From the NCBI GenBank assembly GCA_003649205.1, contig QMRC01000008.1, positions 20,245 to 84,244 of the forward strand: DNA of 64,000 nt, given 5' to 3'. Under the pieces are notes generated by a model. The model did not search any database. It was given only the letters and a program-made list of their open reading frames with translations, and had not been told where the DNA came from. A program made the translations under genes and the position numbers. This document shows, in pieces, positions 20,327 through 29,349 of this stretch (its first letter is position 1; each line of letters begins with the position of its first letter). This DNA comes from Thermoprotei archaeon. Its GTDB lineage: Archaea; Thermoproteota; Thermoprotei; Thermoproteales; B15-G16.

Positions 20327-21112
20327 CTACTCACCACAACTCACACTCACTCCATCTAACCTATAAGTAGTTACATATATTGGTTTTCTACGCTCAACTA
20401 CCTTGGAGTAGTACATCTTTACCGCTACTAGACTTACAGCAACCACAAGTGCAATACCTATAATCGCTAGAACTAGCACGGGTAGTTCAAACTTCTTCTC
20501 CTCCGTAGCTTTGGTAACTTTCTCAGCCTTAGGATATGTAGTCAGCAAGATATCTCCTATTGCTTTCGTTCTTCCAAGTACTGATACAACAATGTTACCG
20601 TGTACGAATCTAGTGATATTACCGTAGTATGTGTAGAACTTCTCTAGTGATGGAGTGTTATCGAATACGTCTAGTCCGTAGTAGGTGTAGTTTGTAACTC
20701 TCGTGAAGTCTAGTTTAGAGAGTGGAAGTAATGTGATGTAGATACCTTCTAGTGTCTTCGGTACAAGCATTATCTCGGTACTGATAGTCACTGCATATGT
20801 TGTATTTGTTGCAAATCCATGCTCTATACTAGTTACTGCATTGACCTCAACTCCATAGTACCTATAGGCATCTACAAAGCACCTAGTAATGTTCTCGACT
20901 AAGCTACTGTAGATACTTGTGTCATTCAGCCACCTCTCAATCTTTGTACCTGTCTCCTCATCGAGACTTGCAGATACCAGTACTGAGATAACTCCATTCT
21001 GTGGATTGACTGTGATCACAGCATATCTCTCATACACTACACCTAGTGTAGGTACTGTCGAGCATAGTAGGAATAGTGCTAGGAGAATGCTAACTATACA
21101 CAACCTCGACAT
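20327..21112 (-). CDS. Type I membrane glycoprotein
   Basis: Signal peptide, many N-x-T sites, C-terminal TM plus basic tail. Confidence 0.75.
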   Translation of the reverse strand: MSRLCIVSILLALFLLCSTVPTLGVVYERYAVITVNPQNGVISVLVSASLDEETGTKIERWLNDTSIYSSLVENITRCFVDAYRYYGVEVNAVTSIEHGFATNTTYAVTISTEIMLVPKTLEGIYITLLPLSKLDFTRVTNYTYYGLDVFDNTPSLEKFYTYYGNITRFVHGNIVVSVLGRTKAIGDILLTTYPKAEKVTKATEEKKFELPVLVLAIIGIALVVAVSLVAVKMYYSKVVERRKPIYVTTYRLDGVSVSCGE

Positions 21113-23114
21113 GAATTGAGTTCACCTCCTCTATATCTATGCTAGATAGAGCTTCTAATAGGTCTAGAGTAGGTTTCCTAACAGTTAACGTCTTCTCACC
21201 GTGTGATGTAAATACGTGTACTATGAACTTCATGAATTCGAGCTTGTGATTAGTTACTATGACTGGCGTGTACGCTGTAACCACAGGTACAACACATGGT
21301 AACCACGTAGAGTTGATGACTTCTCCTCTGTACCTAAGTATCTCCCTAACGTAGAATACTGTTGCTTCTCCATTAGTAGTAATTACCTTACTTCCACTTG
21401 GTAGAGCTACATCAATTCTCGGACTTATCAGAAACCTCATCTCGACATCACCTAGCTCAATCTCAACATACTCCTCCCTAATTGCACTCGCTAGCTCTAG
21501 TCTCCTACTGAAGTTCATGAATAGAGCAACTGCTGTATCCTCTGGCAAGATATTTACATAGGCAACTACTGTGAATTTGAGCCCCTCTTCCTTTGGTAGC
21601 TTCTCTTCTAGTACTGAGACATTGCACTCTCTCACGTGTGGTGTTATGTAGATAACGCAGTTGTGGTATCTAGGTCTTGAGATTGAATCGAAATAGCACT
21701 CAGGAGCACCAGATGTCAAGAGCAACCTTGCGTAAACTGGGTACTCAGTCTCATTACTGTACAGTAGCTCTGAAGGAAGTTCACCTCTTGAGTGATATTG
21801 CTCCAATCTCGCTATCGTTCCCTCAATAGTGATCTTCCTAATGACAACATTACTGAAGTTATACTCCAGCTCGTGATATACAGCTAGGTACTCAGGCTTC
21901 ATTATTGTCGAGTCAACTAGCCTATACTGAATATAACAGGTATCCGTCTTAAGCAACCAGAAGCTCATAGCGTTACCGTGCCCAAATACAAACATTGGCT
22001 TTAGCACCACTTCCCTACTGAAGTCTATAGAGGTGGATACTGGTGAAATGCGTAGTGGTATTGCCTTAATTTCGTAATCTACCTCAACATCCTCAATACC
22101 GTGCCACTCATCAGGATCCTTCAAGAACACTATCTCTACTGATAGATCCTCGTAATCTGGTACCCTCTTCCAGAACTCATACCACTCCTTGCTGTACTCA
22201 TAGATTATCCTTATGACAATTCTACGAAGTGCATACTCAGGGTGTTTTGACAGTACTTCATTGATTTTACGCACTTCCTCAGATGTTGGAGGTCTGTAGT
22301 TGAGCCCTATACTCCTCAGTAATCTCAGTGCAAGTGTTATGTGATGCCACGTGAGTTTAGTACCTAGTACCTTTCTCGATAGAAAGACACCTCCGTAAGG
22401 TGCTCCCAAAACAGTTAGTTCCTTAATTGTTAAACCTGAACCAGCAGTGATTTCCCAGCTCCAGTACATCATTCCAGCTTGCCTCATGATTGCATATGCC
22501 GTAGCGACACCTGTGCCAACAGTCATTGTCGCTAGTGTACCTAGTACGCCCCCCGCTAGTCCTGATGCCATACAGAGTGCAATTAGCGACACAATCAACC
22601 TATCGTATGGTTGCATCAGCTTATGCACTAAGTAGCTGTAGAGTATAGGGGGTAGACTCTCGATCTCTATTCTCCACGATCCATAGCACGGTGCTGAACT
22701 CGCTAAGATAGCTACTGGTAGAGCATTGTCGAAGATACCTCCAGTTATGTTGATTTCCGTAACAACTCTGACCTTAACTGACGAGAATGCCCTAAGGTAC
22801 CAAGGAATCATACACCTCCACTTGACGTACTTCACAAAAGCCCACAGCGGATACTGAATCTTCTTCCCACGGAATTCCGTAAGTTCCTTAATCTCGAAGA
22901 TCTTGGCTGTAGCATAGCTAACGTGCTCAACTCTAGCATTCACAACATCTATCTTCTTAGTTCGTGCATGAGAAAGTAGGTCTGAGGCAGTTGCTCTATC
23001 CATACTCACCCAAATACCCTTCTCAGCACTGAGCACAGGTCTCACACCTATAGCTACGGTAAGTATTGACGATAGTACGAGCAGTATTAGGACTGTAGCC
23101 CTAATCCACATCAA
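21090..23114 (-). CDS. Large secreted/membrane protein with an internal Gly/Ala-rich hydrophobic segment
   Basis: Signal peptide; LIVSLIALCMASGLAGGVLGTLATMTVGTGVATAYAIM. Confidence 0.7.
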   Translation of the reverse strand: MMWIRATVLILLVLSSILTVAIGVRPVLSAEKGIWVSMDRATASDLLSHARTKKIDVVNARVEHVSYATAKIFEIKELTEFRGKKIQYPLWAFVKYVKWRCMIPWYLRAFSSVKVRVVTEINITGGIFDNALPVAILASSAPCYGSWRIEIESLPPILYSYLVHKLMQPYDRLIVSLIALCMASGLAGGVLGTLATMTVGTGVATAYAIMRQAGMMYWSWEITAGSGLTIKELTVLGAPYGGVFLSRKVLGTKLTWHHITLALRLLRSIGLNYRPPTSEEVRKINEVLSKHPEYALRRIVIRIIYEYSKEWYEFWKRVPDYEDLSVEIVFLKDPDEWHGIEDVEVDYEIKAIPLRISPVSTSIDFSREVVLKPMFVFGHGNAMSFWLLKTDTCYIQYRLVDSTIMKPEYLAVYHELEYNFSNVVIRKITIEGTIARLEQYHSRGELPSELLYSNETEYPVYARLLLTSGAPECYFDSISRPRYHNCVIYITPHVRECNVSVLEEKLPKEEGLKFTVVAYVNILPEDTAVALFMNFSRRLELASAIREEYVEIELGDVEMRFLISPRIDVALPSGSKVITTNGEATVFYVREILRYRGEVINSTWLPCVVPVVTAYTPVIVTNHKLEFMKFIVHVFTSHGEKTLTVRKPTLDLLEALSSIDIEEVNSIHVEVVYS

Positions 23115-23157
23115 GTAAGTAGATGTGTAAAAAAGGAAAAATAAGTTTCAGTCACAG

Positions 23158-23265
23158 CTAGAGTACAAGTACCTTGATCACAGTCTTACCGTTAATCTTC
23201 TCGACATCGTAGCAGAGAAATGTCCAAGTAATTGGTGTATGTACCTTTCCTCGTTTCTCCATCAT
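23158..23265 (-). CDS. Possible 35-aa ORF coupled to the polB stop
   Basis: ATGA overlap with the polB stop; MMEKRGKVHTPITWTFLCYDVEKINGKTVIKVLVL. Confidence 0.3.
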   Translation of the reverse strand: MMEKRGKVHTPITWTFLCYDVEKINGKTVIKVLVL

Positions 23266-25721
23266 AAGATACCTATCTCCCTGAGCTTTATCTTTGTGTA
23301 CTCGTGTACGCAGTTTCTAAGTATGTCTTCATCGATTCTCAGCTTATCTACCTTCATCTTAGACTCAACAGCGAATACAACTAGGCTCTCTCCGTATATC
23401 CTACCTGTCTCCGATGGTCTTACCTTGAGCACTCTACCTTCTCTCGTCGATAGGTAGTACAGTATGTCTTCTAGCGTAATTGCGTAGATATTTCCATCAT
23501 CTCCATACATCAACATGTCTGCTCTAGTGAGTTTGTTGAGTGGTCTAGCTCTCTTACAGGGTAGGCACCTAGCTTCGAGCACTACATAGCCCTCGTAGTC
23601 TGCTAGGTTTATTCTCGGTACCTTAGGTGCCTTACGCAGAAGCTCTATCAGTGGTGCGTGCTGTGGTGTAGCGAATTGATGTACATTAGCCTTCTTCAGG
23701 TAGATAGATCTAGGTTCCTCCCATGGTGTGAAGACTCTCAGGTAGTACTTACCACGTACCTTAATCTCCCTCTTAACTGACTGCAAGTCCTTACCTATCA
23801 ACCTATAGAGCTGATTTGCAGGGTACGTGAACAAGTCCTCAATATCTGCACTATCGATGAGTTCTCTAATGAGCTTAATCCTCTCCTCGTAGCTACTCGA
23901 CACTATCTTCACGAAGTTATCTGTGATTACCTTCGGCAACCTAAATCGCAGGAGGCTCTTGATGGGGCTTCCCTTGAGCACTACCTTCTTGCCCTGTAGT
24001 ATGTATGACTTCCTGCTGTAGATGTACATTACGTTCCACACATCCTCTAGATCTGCCTCTAGTCCAAATCTCGACAGGTAGTCCGCTATGTCCTTTGCTA
24101 GCTTCTGAATATCTTCTCCGCTGTTCACTACCACGAATATGCTATCTGTATCGCTGTAAATTACCTTCCAACCTCTAGACCTCAAGTACTGAATCCATCC
24201 CATCTGTATCTTGTACGTGCCGTAGAAGATCTTGGTTGGGCAAGCTAGGTTCCCTAGTGGTGCAGGTGATGCTTGCTTACCTTGTACACCGTATGCTAGT
24301 GCATTCAGTACTGCCTTAATAGAGTGGTCAACTGGTTCGTACATTGGTGACTTCTTCTTGAGCTTCTTAGTTAGCTCACGTATCTTCTTCAGCTTGAGAA
24401 CAGTTGCGTACAGTATACCTAGACCACTTCTCCTATCGAACTCAATTCTCTCAACCATATCCTCAACAACACTACCGATATCTTGCATCGTTGCTTCAGG
24501 TTCCTTTACGAGCAGTGTAGGGTCTACGAAGTTTGCTAGTACGAAGCTTGGGTACATCATCTTTATGTCGAACTGAGCTACGTTCGTGTACAGTACCTTC
24601 TCACGCTCTAGCCAAACCCTAGACGCACTTGCTCTCCACTTAACAGCTCTGTACTCAGGTACGAATCCCCTCACCTCGCACTCATGTGTGAAGAAGTACT
24701 CTGCAACCATTCCAGCAGGTAGATTCTGCAGTATCGACATCGGTATCTGTGTTAGTGCAGATAGTACTGCGATTAGCGAGAACGGAACTATCATTATCTT
24801 AGCAGTTATGACTACATCATTTATGTTGTACTTAGCTAGCTCATCTAGATTCATGGAGTTTAGTCTCTTCTTACCCTCCTTCTTGATCTTCAACTCCTCA
24901 TCAGTTATACCTACCTTATCCTTCAGAACCTCAGCAACATCGTGTAGTGCCCTTGCTGAACCTATTGCAAGTGACTGACCCCACGTAGCGAGCGTCTGCG
25001 ATGTATCGAATATAGCTATCTGCTCTACAGGAATTACGACACCACTTCTACGTAGTATAGGTATGTCGAAGCCAACTATGTTATGTCCCGCAAGTAACCT
25101 ATACCTATTGATCTCCTTCTCAAGTTCATCAAATTGCTTAGGTAGTTCATAGCACTGAACATCATCAGGTCTAATCTCCTCAAATGGAGTCCACACGTAA
25201 GTTGACGCTAGAATAGGCTTCTCCTCTCTAGCCTCGACATCTAGGATAAGTACCTTGAGCTTTCTGAGGTTCTGTATCGTAGATACATCAAGTACGTAGT
25301 AAAGTGGCTTAGTGTCGAAGAACTGTAGACCTAGATCCCACGAGCACCTAGCTAGGTACCTCACATTGAACATAGATGCCCTAACATCTACACCAGCTCT
25401 CTGCAGTGCGAGGACATCCCTAGCGACATCTGGTACCTGAGTTGGTAGCTGACACTTGACCTTAGCTACACCGTAATCGCTCTTAACCTCGTACCTAGAA
25501 CCATGAACCTTAATTATAGGCTTCATGTCAACTTCTTCAACCTCAACAACACCACTGAACTTCTCAATCTCCTTCAGTATCTTCTTGTTCTTGTATATGA
25601 CGTAGAAGTACGGTCTTATTGCTCGTACTGACGTGACATCACTATCCCTTATCAGTATCAGTTGCTCTATCTCCTTCCTACCCTTCAATCTAGGTAGCTT
25701 GAGGTCGATATACACTCTCAA
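23262..25721 (-). CDS. polB: Family B DNA polymerase with 3'-5' exonuclease
   Basis: ExoI LDVE, ExoII GHNIVGFDIP, ExoIII YNINDV; Pol motifs FDIKMMYPS, KAVLNALAYG, YSDTDS. Confidence 0.95.
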   Translation of the reverse strand: MRVYIDLKLPRLKGRKEIEQLILIRDSDVTSVRAIRPYFYVIYKNKKILKEIEKFSGVVEVEEVDMKPIIKVHGSRYEVKSDYGVAKVKCQLPTQVPDVARDVLALQRAGVDVRASMFNVRYLARCSWDLGLQFFDTKPLYYVLDVSTIQNLRKLKVLILDVEAREEKPILASTYVWTPFEEIRPDDVQCYELPKQFDELEKEINRYRLLAGHNIVGFDIPILRRSGVVIPVEQIAIFDTSQTLATWGQSLAIGSARALHDVAEVLKDKVGITDEELKIKKEGKKRLNSMNLDELAKYNINDVVITAKIMIVPFSLIAVLSALTQIPMSILQNLPAGMVAEYFFTHECEVRGFVPEYRAVKWRASASRVWLEREKVLYTNVAQFDIKMMYPSFVLANFVDPTLLVKEPEATMQDIGSVVEDMVERIEFDRRSGLGILYATVLKLKKIRELTKKLKKKSPMYEPVDHSIKAVLNALAYGVQGKQASPAPLGNLACPTKIFYGTYKIQMGWIQYLRSRGWKVIYSDTDSIFVVVNSGEDIQKLAKDIADYLSRFGLEADLEDVWNVMYIYSRKSYILQGKKVVLKGSPIKSLLRFRLPKVITDNFVKIVSSSYEERIKLIRELIDSADIEDLFTYPANQLYRLIGKDLQSVKREIKVRGKYYLRVFTPWEEPRSIYLKKANVHQFATPQHAPLIELLRKAPKVPRINLADYEGYVVLEARCLPCKRARPLNKLTRADMLMYGDDGNIYAITLEDILYYLSTREGRVLKVRPSETGRIYGESLVVFAVESKMKVDKLRIDEDILRNCVHEYTKIKLREIGIL

Positions 25722-27096
25722 TCACCTCAGCAACAATCTTGAAAAGTGGCTTACCTGCCTCAATACCTCTCACATAGAGATTGTACATGTAGCATACGTC
25801 ACGGTACATGCACTCCTCATCACACCTCACGTACTGTCTAACCATCTCAAAGACGTCCTTAGGCACTTTAACTGCTGATAGAGATCTAACTCCAAGTTCC
25901 TTATCCTCAGCAGTGAAGTACTTCCAGTAATAGTCCCTAGGTTTTCTAAAGCCATACCTCTCAGCAAAGTCCACAATCATCTTCTCAAGATTCTGCTCAT
26001 CTAGGTACACAAGTGCAGGTGCTACTACGCACGCTAGCCTACACATTGCGTATCTGTAACCCTCCTCAACCTCACCTAGAAAGCACTTCACAATGCATGG
26101 AGGTAGCACGTGCTTAGCCTTTGAGAGAAGCTCCTTGAACTCATCATATGTGAGAGTACCTACGAAACCTAGATTAACCTCATCTTCTCTAGGCTTAACA
26201 TCACTAAGTGCTATTCCCTGTATCTTCTCGTACTCTTCATCACTCTCCACTCTCCTAATAGATAGTGTTGTTTTGATTTGTTTTGCAACACCTTCATCTC
26301 CTATTACCCTAGCTATATTGCAGAGAAATTCATGAATGTAGTCTACGTCCTTAACCGCAATCTCTGTTAAGTCACCCACATCCACTACGTGCTGAAACTC
26401 CTTCGATAGAACTCTATAGCACTTGACACTAACGGTATTATTGCTGAAGACTAGGTACCTAGACTGTGGAGGGTATGAACCTAAGTACCTATACCCTGAC
26501 ATTACCTCGATCTTGATTCCTAGCAAATTCCTGTAATCTAGTACCTTCTTTGTTGTCCAGCTCTCTCCCTTAGGTGTTCTCTGTCCTACAGCTATGCTCA
26601 CTGCATCAGGTAGGTAGAAGTACTTGTGGAATCCACGTCTAGTCTCAACATCGAAGAGTCCACTTGCTCTGAGCTTACTACGAACATTCTCATCATAGCA
26701 CTCAACATCTATCAACACGAAGTTCCTAAGTACGAAACCTACATTGATTAAGCAACCTAGTTTAGAGCATCTGTACTTCACATCAACTACTTCAGAATCT
26801 GTAACCGACTTCCTCTGTAGATTCCTCCACTCAATCATTGGTACCTTCGTGAATATGTACCTAGGAACAACAACAAGCTCAATAGGGTACACTACATCTC
26901 TTCTTCTTGAGAGGAGTCTCCTAGCTATGATGTAGAGAGCTTGCTCTGGTATGTCGGGAATATCCTTCTCTCTTTCTCTCAAGATTTCAAGACTCTTCTT
27001 CAGATATTCTACGTAGGAAGATACACTTTGTATCTTCTCTAACATGCTCTGGAACATAGAGTTTCCTCCCACACCTCGGGCACGTACCATCCTCAT
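25690..27096 (-). CDS. Archaeo-eukaryotic primase-polymerase with PriL/PriCT-like C-terminal domain
   Basis: VLIDVE, ETRRGFHKYF, YPPQS; C-terminal LPPCI and Cys cluster; next to polB. Confidence 0.75.
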   Translation of the reverse strand: MRMVRARGVGGNSMFQSMLEKIQSVSSYVEYLKKSLEILREREKDIPDIPEQALYIIARRLLSRRRDVVYPIELVVVPRYIFTKVPMIEWRNLQRKSVTDSEVVDVKYRCSKLGCLINVGFVLRNFVLIDVECYDENVRSKLRASGLFDVETRRGFHKYFYLPDAVSIAVGQRTPKGESWTTKKVLDYRNLLGIKIEVMSGYRYLGSYPPQSRYLVFSNNTVSVKCYRVLSKEFQHVVDVGDLTEIAVKDVDYIHEFLCNIARVIGDEGVAKQIKTTLSIRRVESDEEYEKIQGIALSDVKPREDEVNLGFVGTLTYDEFKELLSKAKHVLPPCIVKCFLGEVEEGYRYAMCRLACVVAPALVYLDEQNLEKMIVDFAERYGFRKPRDYYWKYFTAEDKELGVRSLSAVKVPKDVFEMVRQYVRCDEECMYRDVCYMYNLYVRGIEAGKPLFKIVAEVIESVYRPQAT

Positions 27097-27493
27097 ACAC
27101 TGTAGTTAAGCAAAATGGACACTGAACGTCATAAAGTGTTGCACAGGTGTATCCTCCTCCAATACCTTCAGGAAATATCACGACATCTACAATCCTAGGT
27201 ATCACCCTATTTCGTCTCCTATACTCTTCAAGAAGTGCATCACTCTCTCTCAGATATATGTGGAATTCAGGGTAGTCAACAACTATTTTCTCGACTCTAT
27301 TCACAAACTCTCTATAACTCATGCTGTGTCTGTAGAAGAACCAGTGTGCTAGCTTCAGTGCTACGACTATGTTTTTCCTAACAGAACTCAGTGTCCTAAA
27401 TACGTATGCTCTACAAATAATGGGGATTGGAGTTCTTCGACGAGGTACCCTTACTTGAACTACTCTCAGTGTGTCCTCTGTGTTACTCGACAT
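26987..27493 (-). CDS. Zinc-ribbon protein
   Basis: CPFC..CPRC. Confidence 0.6.
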   Translation of the reverse strand: MSSNTEDTLRVVQVRVPRRRTPIPIICRAYVFRTLSSVRKNIVVALKLAHWFFYRHSMSYREFVNRVEKIVVDYPEFHIYLRESDALLEEYRRRNRVIPRIVDVVIFPEGIGGGYTCATLYDVQCPFCLTTVYEDGTCPRCGRKLYVPEHVREDTKCIFLRRISEEES

Positions 27494-28226
27494 CGCCTAC
27501 CTTAATCCCTCCAGTCTCTTCTCCTGTCTTCTCCTCCTCTACCTTCTCTCTTGTTGTTGTCTCTTCCTTCTCTGCTGTCTCTCCTCTCTCTAGCTCTAGT
27601 GTTTCTAGGTCTAGTCTCGATAGTAAGAGTGTGTCGTAGATGCTTCTTAGGTCTGTCTGTAGTGCGAATAGGTCTGCTATGTTTTCTCTTCTTGGTTCGT
27701 AGTGGTTTACTCTATCGCATACGAGGAGTATCTGCCTTCCTAGGAGTGCTATCTCTCTTAGGTTGATGATCTTGTGTGTGTAGAGAACTCTCGTGAGTGT
27801 TTCGATGTTCTCAGCGTACACTAGCCACTGATCTGGTTTCGATATGATTGCTCTCTCTACTCCTGCTCTCAGTACTCTCTTGACGATTTCTCTCACTAGT
27901 GTTTTGTAGTCTTCTTTTCTGTACGTTACTGGATTGTCTAACCTATGCACTGTCTCTCTCATGTCTATGACGTTCCTTATGGGGTATCTGGTTGGTTTTC
28001 CTAGTGGTTCTACTGCTGTCTTAACTGGTCTTCCCTCTACGTCCATGCTTATTGTCTTCGTTACGTACTTCTCCCATGCTAGTGTTGTCTTCTCGATCTT
28101 GTACGTTGCCATTCCGCACCCTGTCAGTATTCTCTCCTCTCTCTCATCTGTATCGAAGCACATCGGTATTCTCTTTGTCAGTATTCTCGCCTCTATCTTT
28201 AGGTTTGCTGGGAAGAGGAGGATCAT
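27483..28226 (-). CDS. Hypothetical protein with acidic C-terminal tail, first gene of the replication operon
   Basis: RBS GGTGTGAGG; promoter motif at 28261; tail EKEETTTREKVEEEKTGEE. Confidence 0.7.
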   Translation of the reverse strand: MILLFPANLKIEARILTKRIPMCFDTDEREERILTGCGMATYKIEKTTLAWEKYVTKTISMDVEGRPVKTAVEPLGKPTRYPIRNVIDMRETVHRLDNPVTYRKEDYKTLVREIVKRVLRAGVERAIISKPDQWLVYAENIETLTRVLYTHKIINLREIALLGRQILLVCDRVNHYEPRRENIADLFALQTDLRSIYDTLLLSRLDLETLELERGETAEKEETTTREKVEEEKTGEETGGIKVGDVE

Positions 28227-28260
28227 ACCTCACACCTACTGTATCTCTATCTCGTATGTT

Positions 28261-28273
28261 TTATTAGGGGTTA
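28261..28273 (-). promoter_or_regulatory. Conserved promoter motif TAACCCCTAATAA (replication operon)
   Basis: Same motif lies shortly upstream of the starts at 28831, 32182, 36177 and 46339. Confidence 0.65.
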
Positions 28274-28427
28274 GTTAATCACCTTCTGGTCTCTCTGTGC
28301 TTCGTGTCTTTGGTGTTCTTTGCGTCGTCTCCTCTACGTTGCATTGCTCAGTTGCTCTCGGCTCTGTACGTAGCTCTGCTCACCCCTTCTCTTGCTGTCG
28401 TAATTCCTGTCATTGATGGTTTGCTAC

Positions 28428-28732
28428 CTTAAATAGGGGTTTATAAGTTTTCTCATGTGTCTCACTTCAGGTGTTTTAGGGTCGCAGAAACAGGAAATAT
28501 AGGGATTAGTTAGTAGTTTTTGCGTAAGTAAGACGGAGGTTGGTTTGTTGATTGATTGAGCTTCAGTTTTATGGAGGTGACTCTACTCATGGCTTCATTT
28601 CGGTAGAGTTTGCTACCATCCCACACCTGCTCCATGTCACGTCAGCACGTAATATATAATAATTTTTACACAGTCGATTCTTGTACCCCTGATGTAGCAT
28701 TCATGAGCAATTTTTATTAACCCCTATTTAAG
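28428..28732. repeat. 14-bp perfect inverted repeat (CTTAAATAGGGGTT 28428-28441 / AACCCCTATTTAAG 28719-28732) in the divergent intergenic region; candidate origin or divergent promoters
   Basis: Exact reverse complements; located between divergent replication operons; AT-rich patch at 28650-28670. Confidence 0.6.
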
Positions 28733-28793
28733 CTCGTTTGCTGATGAATATCACATGGACAGTTCGCTCGACGGTAATGATGTGCTCTCTTTC

Positions 28794-28808
28794 TAACTCC
28801 TAATAAAT
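28794..28808 (+). promoter_or_regulatory. Promoter motif TAACTCCTAATAAAT
   Basis: Upstream of the 28831/helicase operon. Confidence 0.6.
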
Positions 28809-28830
28809 TACGTAGGATTTAGCTACTTAG

Positions 28831-29349
28831 GTGATGAGGGTGTGGGTCATAGCCTTTCTGAGGGTTGAGAACTTTCCAGTTAAGACACTGGTCTACAGTG
28901 TATCGCACCTCGTATCTGTGCTCTCTAGGTGTGGTGTTAGGTGTAGTAACTACGTGTCCTTCAACGACGATGAGATCTACCTTGCGAGAAATGTAGCTTA
29001 TAGAAACGGTATTTACTACGCTCAACGTGGCACTAAGTACGTGAAGTTTCCTGCAAAGTTCCTTAGAGATTACCTTGTTGATTTGCTGAACTTTGTAACT
29101 AAATTCGATAGGGTTAAGACAATTCCTGAAGCAATGTCTGATCAACTGTGTGGTCGTGGTGCTGTACCTATCTACGTTGATGTTGATTACATAACATCAA
29201 ATATGTACGATGTCAAGAATAGGAAAGTTGCTGGCTTTCTCCACTTTTCAATATCTCTACCCTTTCGTGGATGTAAGGATCTGGTAATGCTATTCTCTTG
29301 GAGGTTCCTAAAATATGGTAGAGAAGTACATAAGAATAAAAACAGATGA
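28831..29349 (+). CDS. Hypothetical protein
   Basis: Follows the promoter motif; overlaps the helicase start. Confidence 0.6.
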   Translation: MMRVWVIAFLRVENFPVKTLVYSVSHLVSVLSRCGVRCSNYVSFNDDEIYLARNVAYRNGIYYAQRGTKYVKFPAKFLRDYLVDLLNFVTKFDRVKTIPEAMSDQLCGRGAVPIYVDVDYITSNMYDVKNRKVAGFLHFSISLPFRGCKDLVMLFSWRFLKYGREVHKNKNR

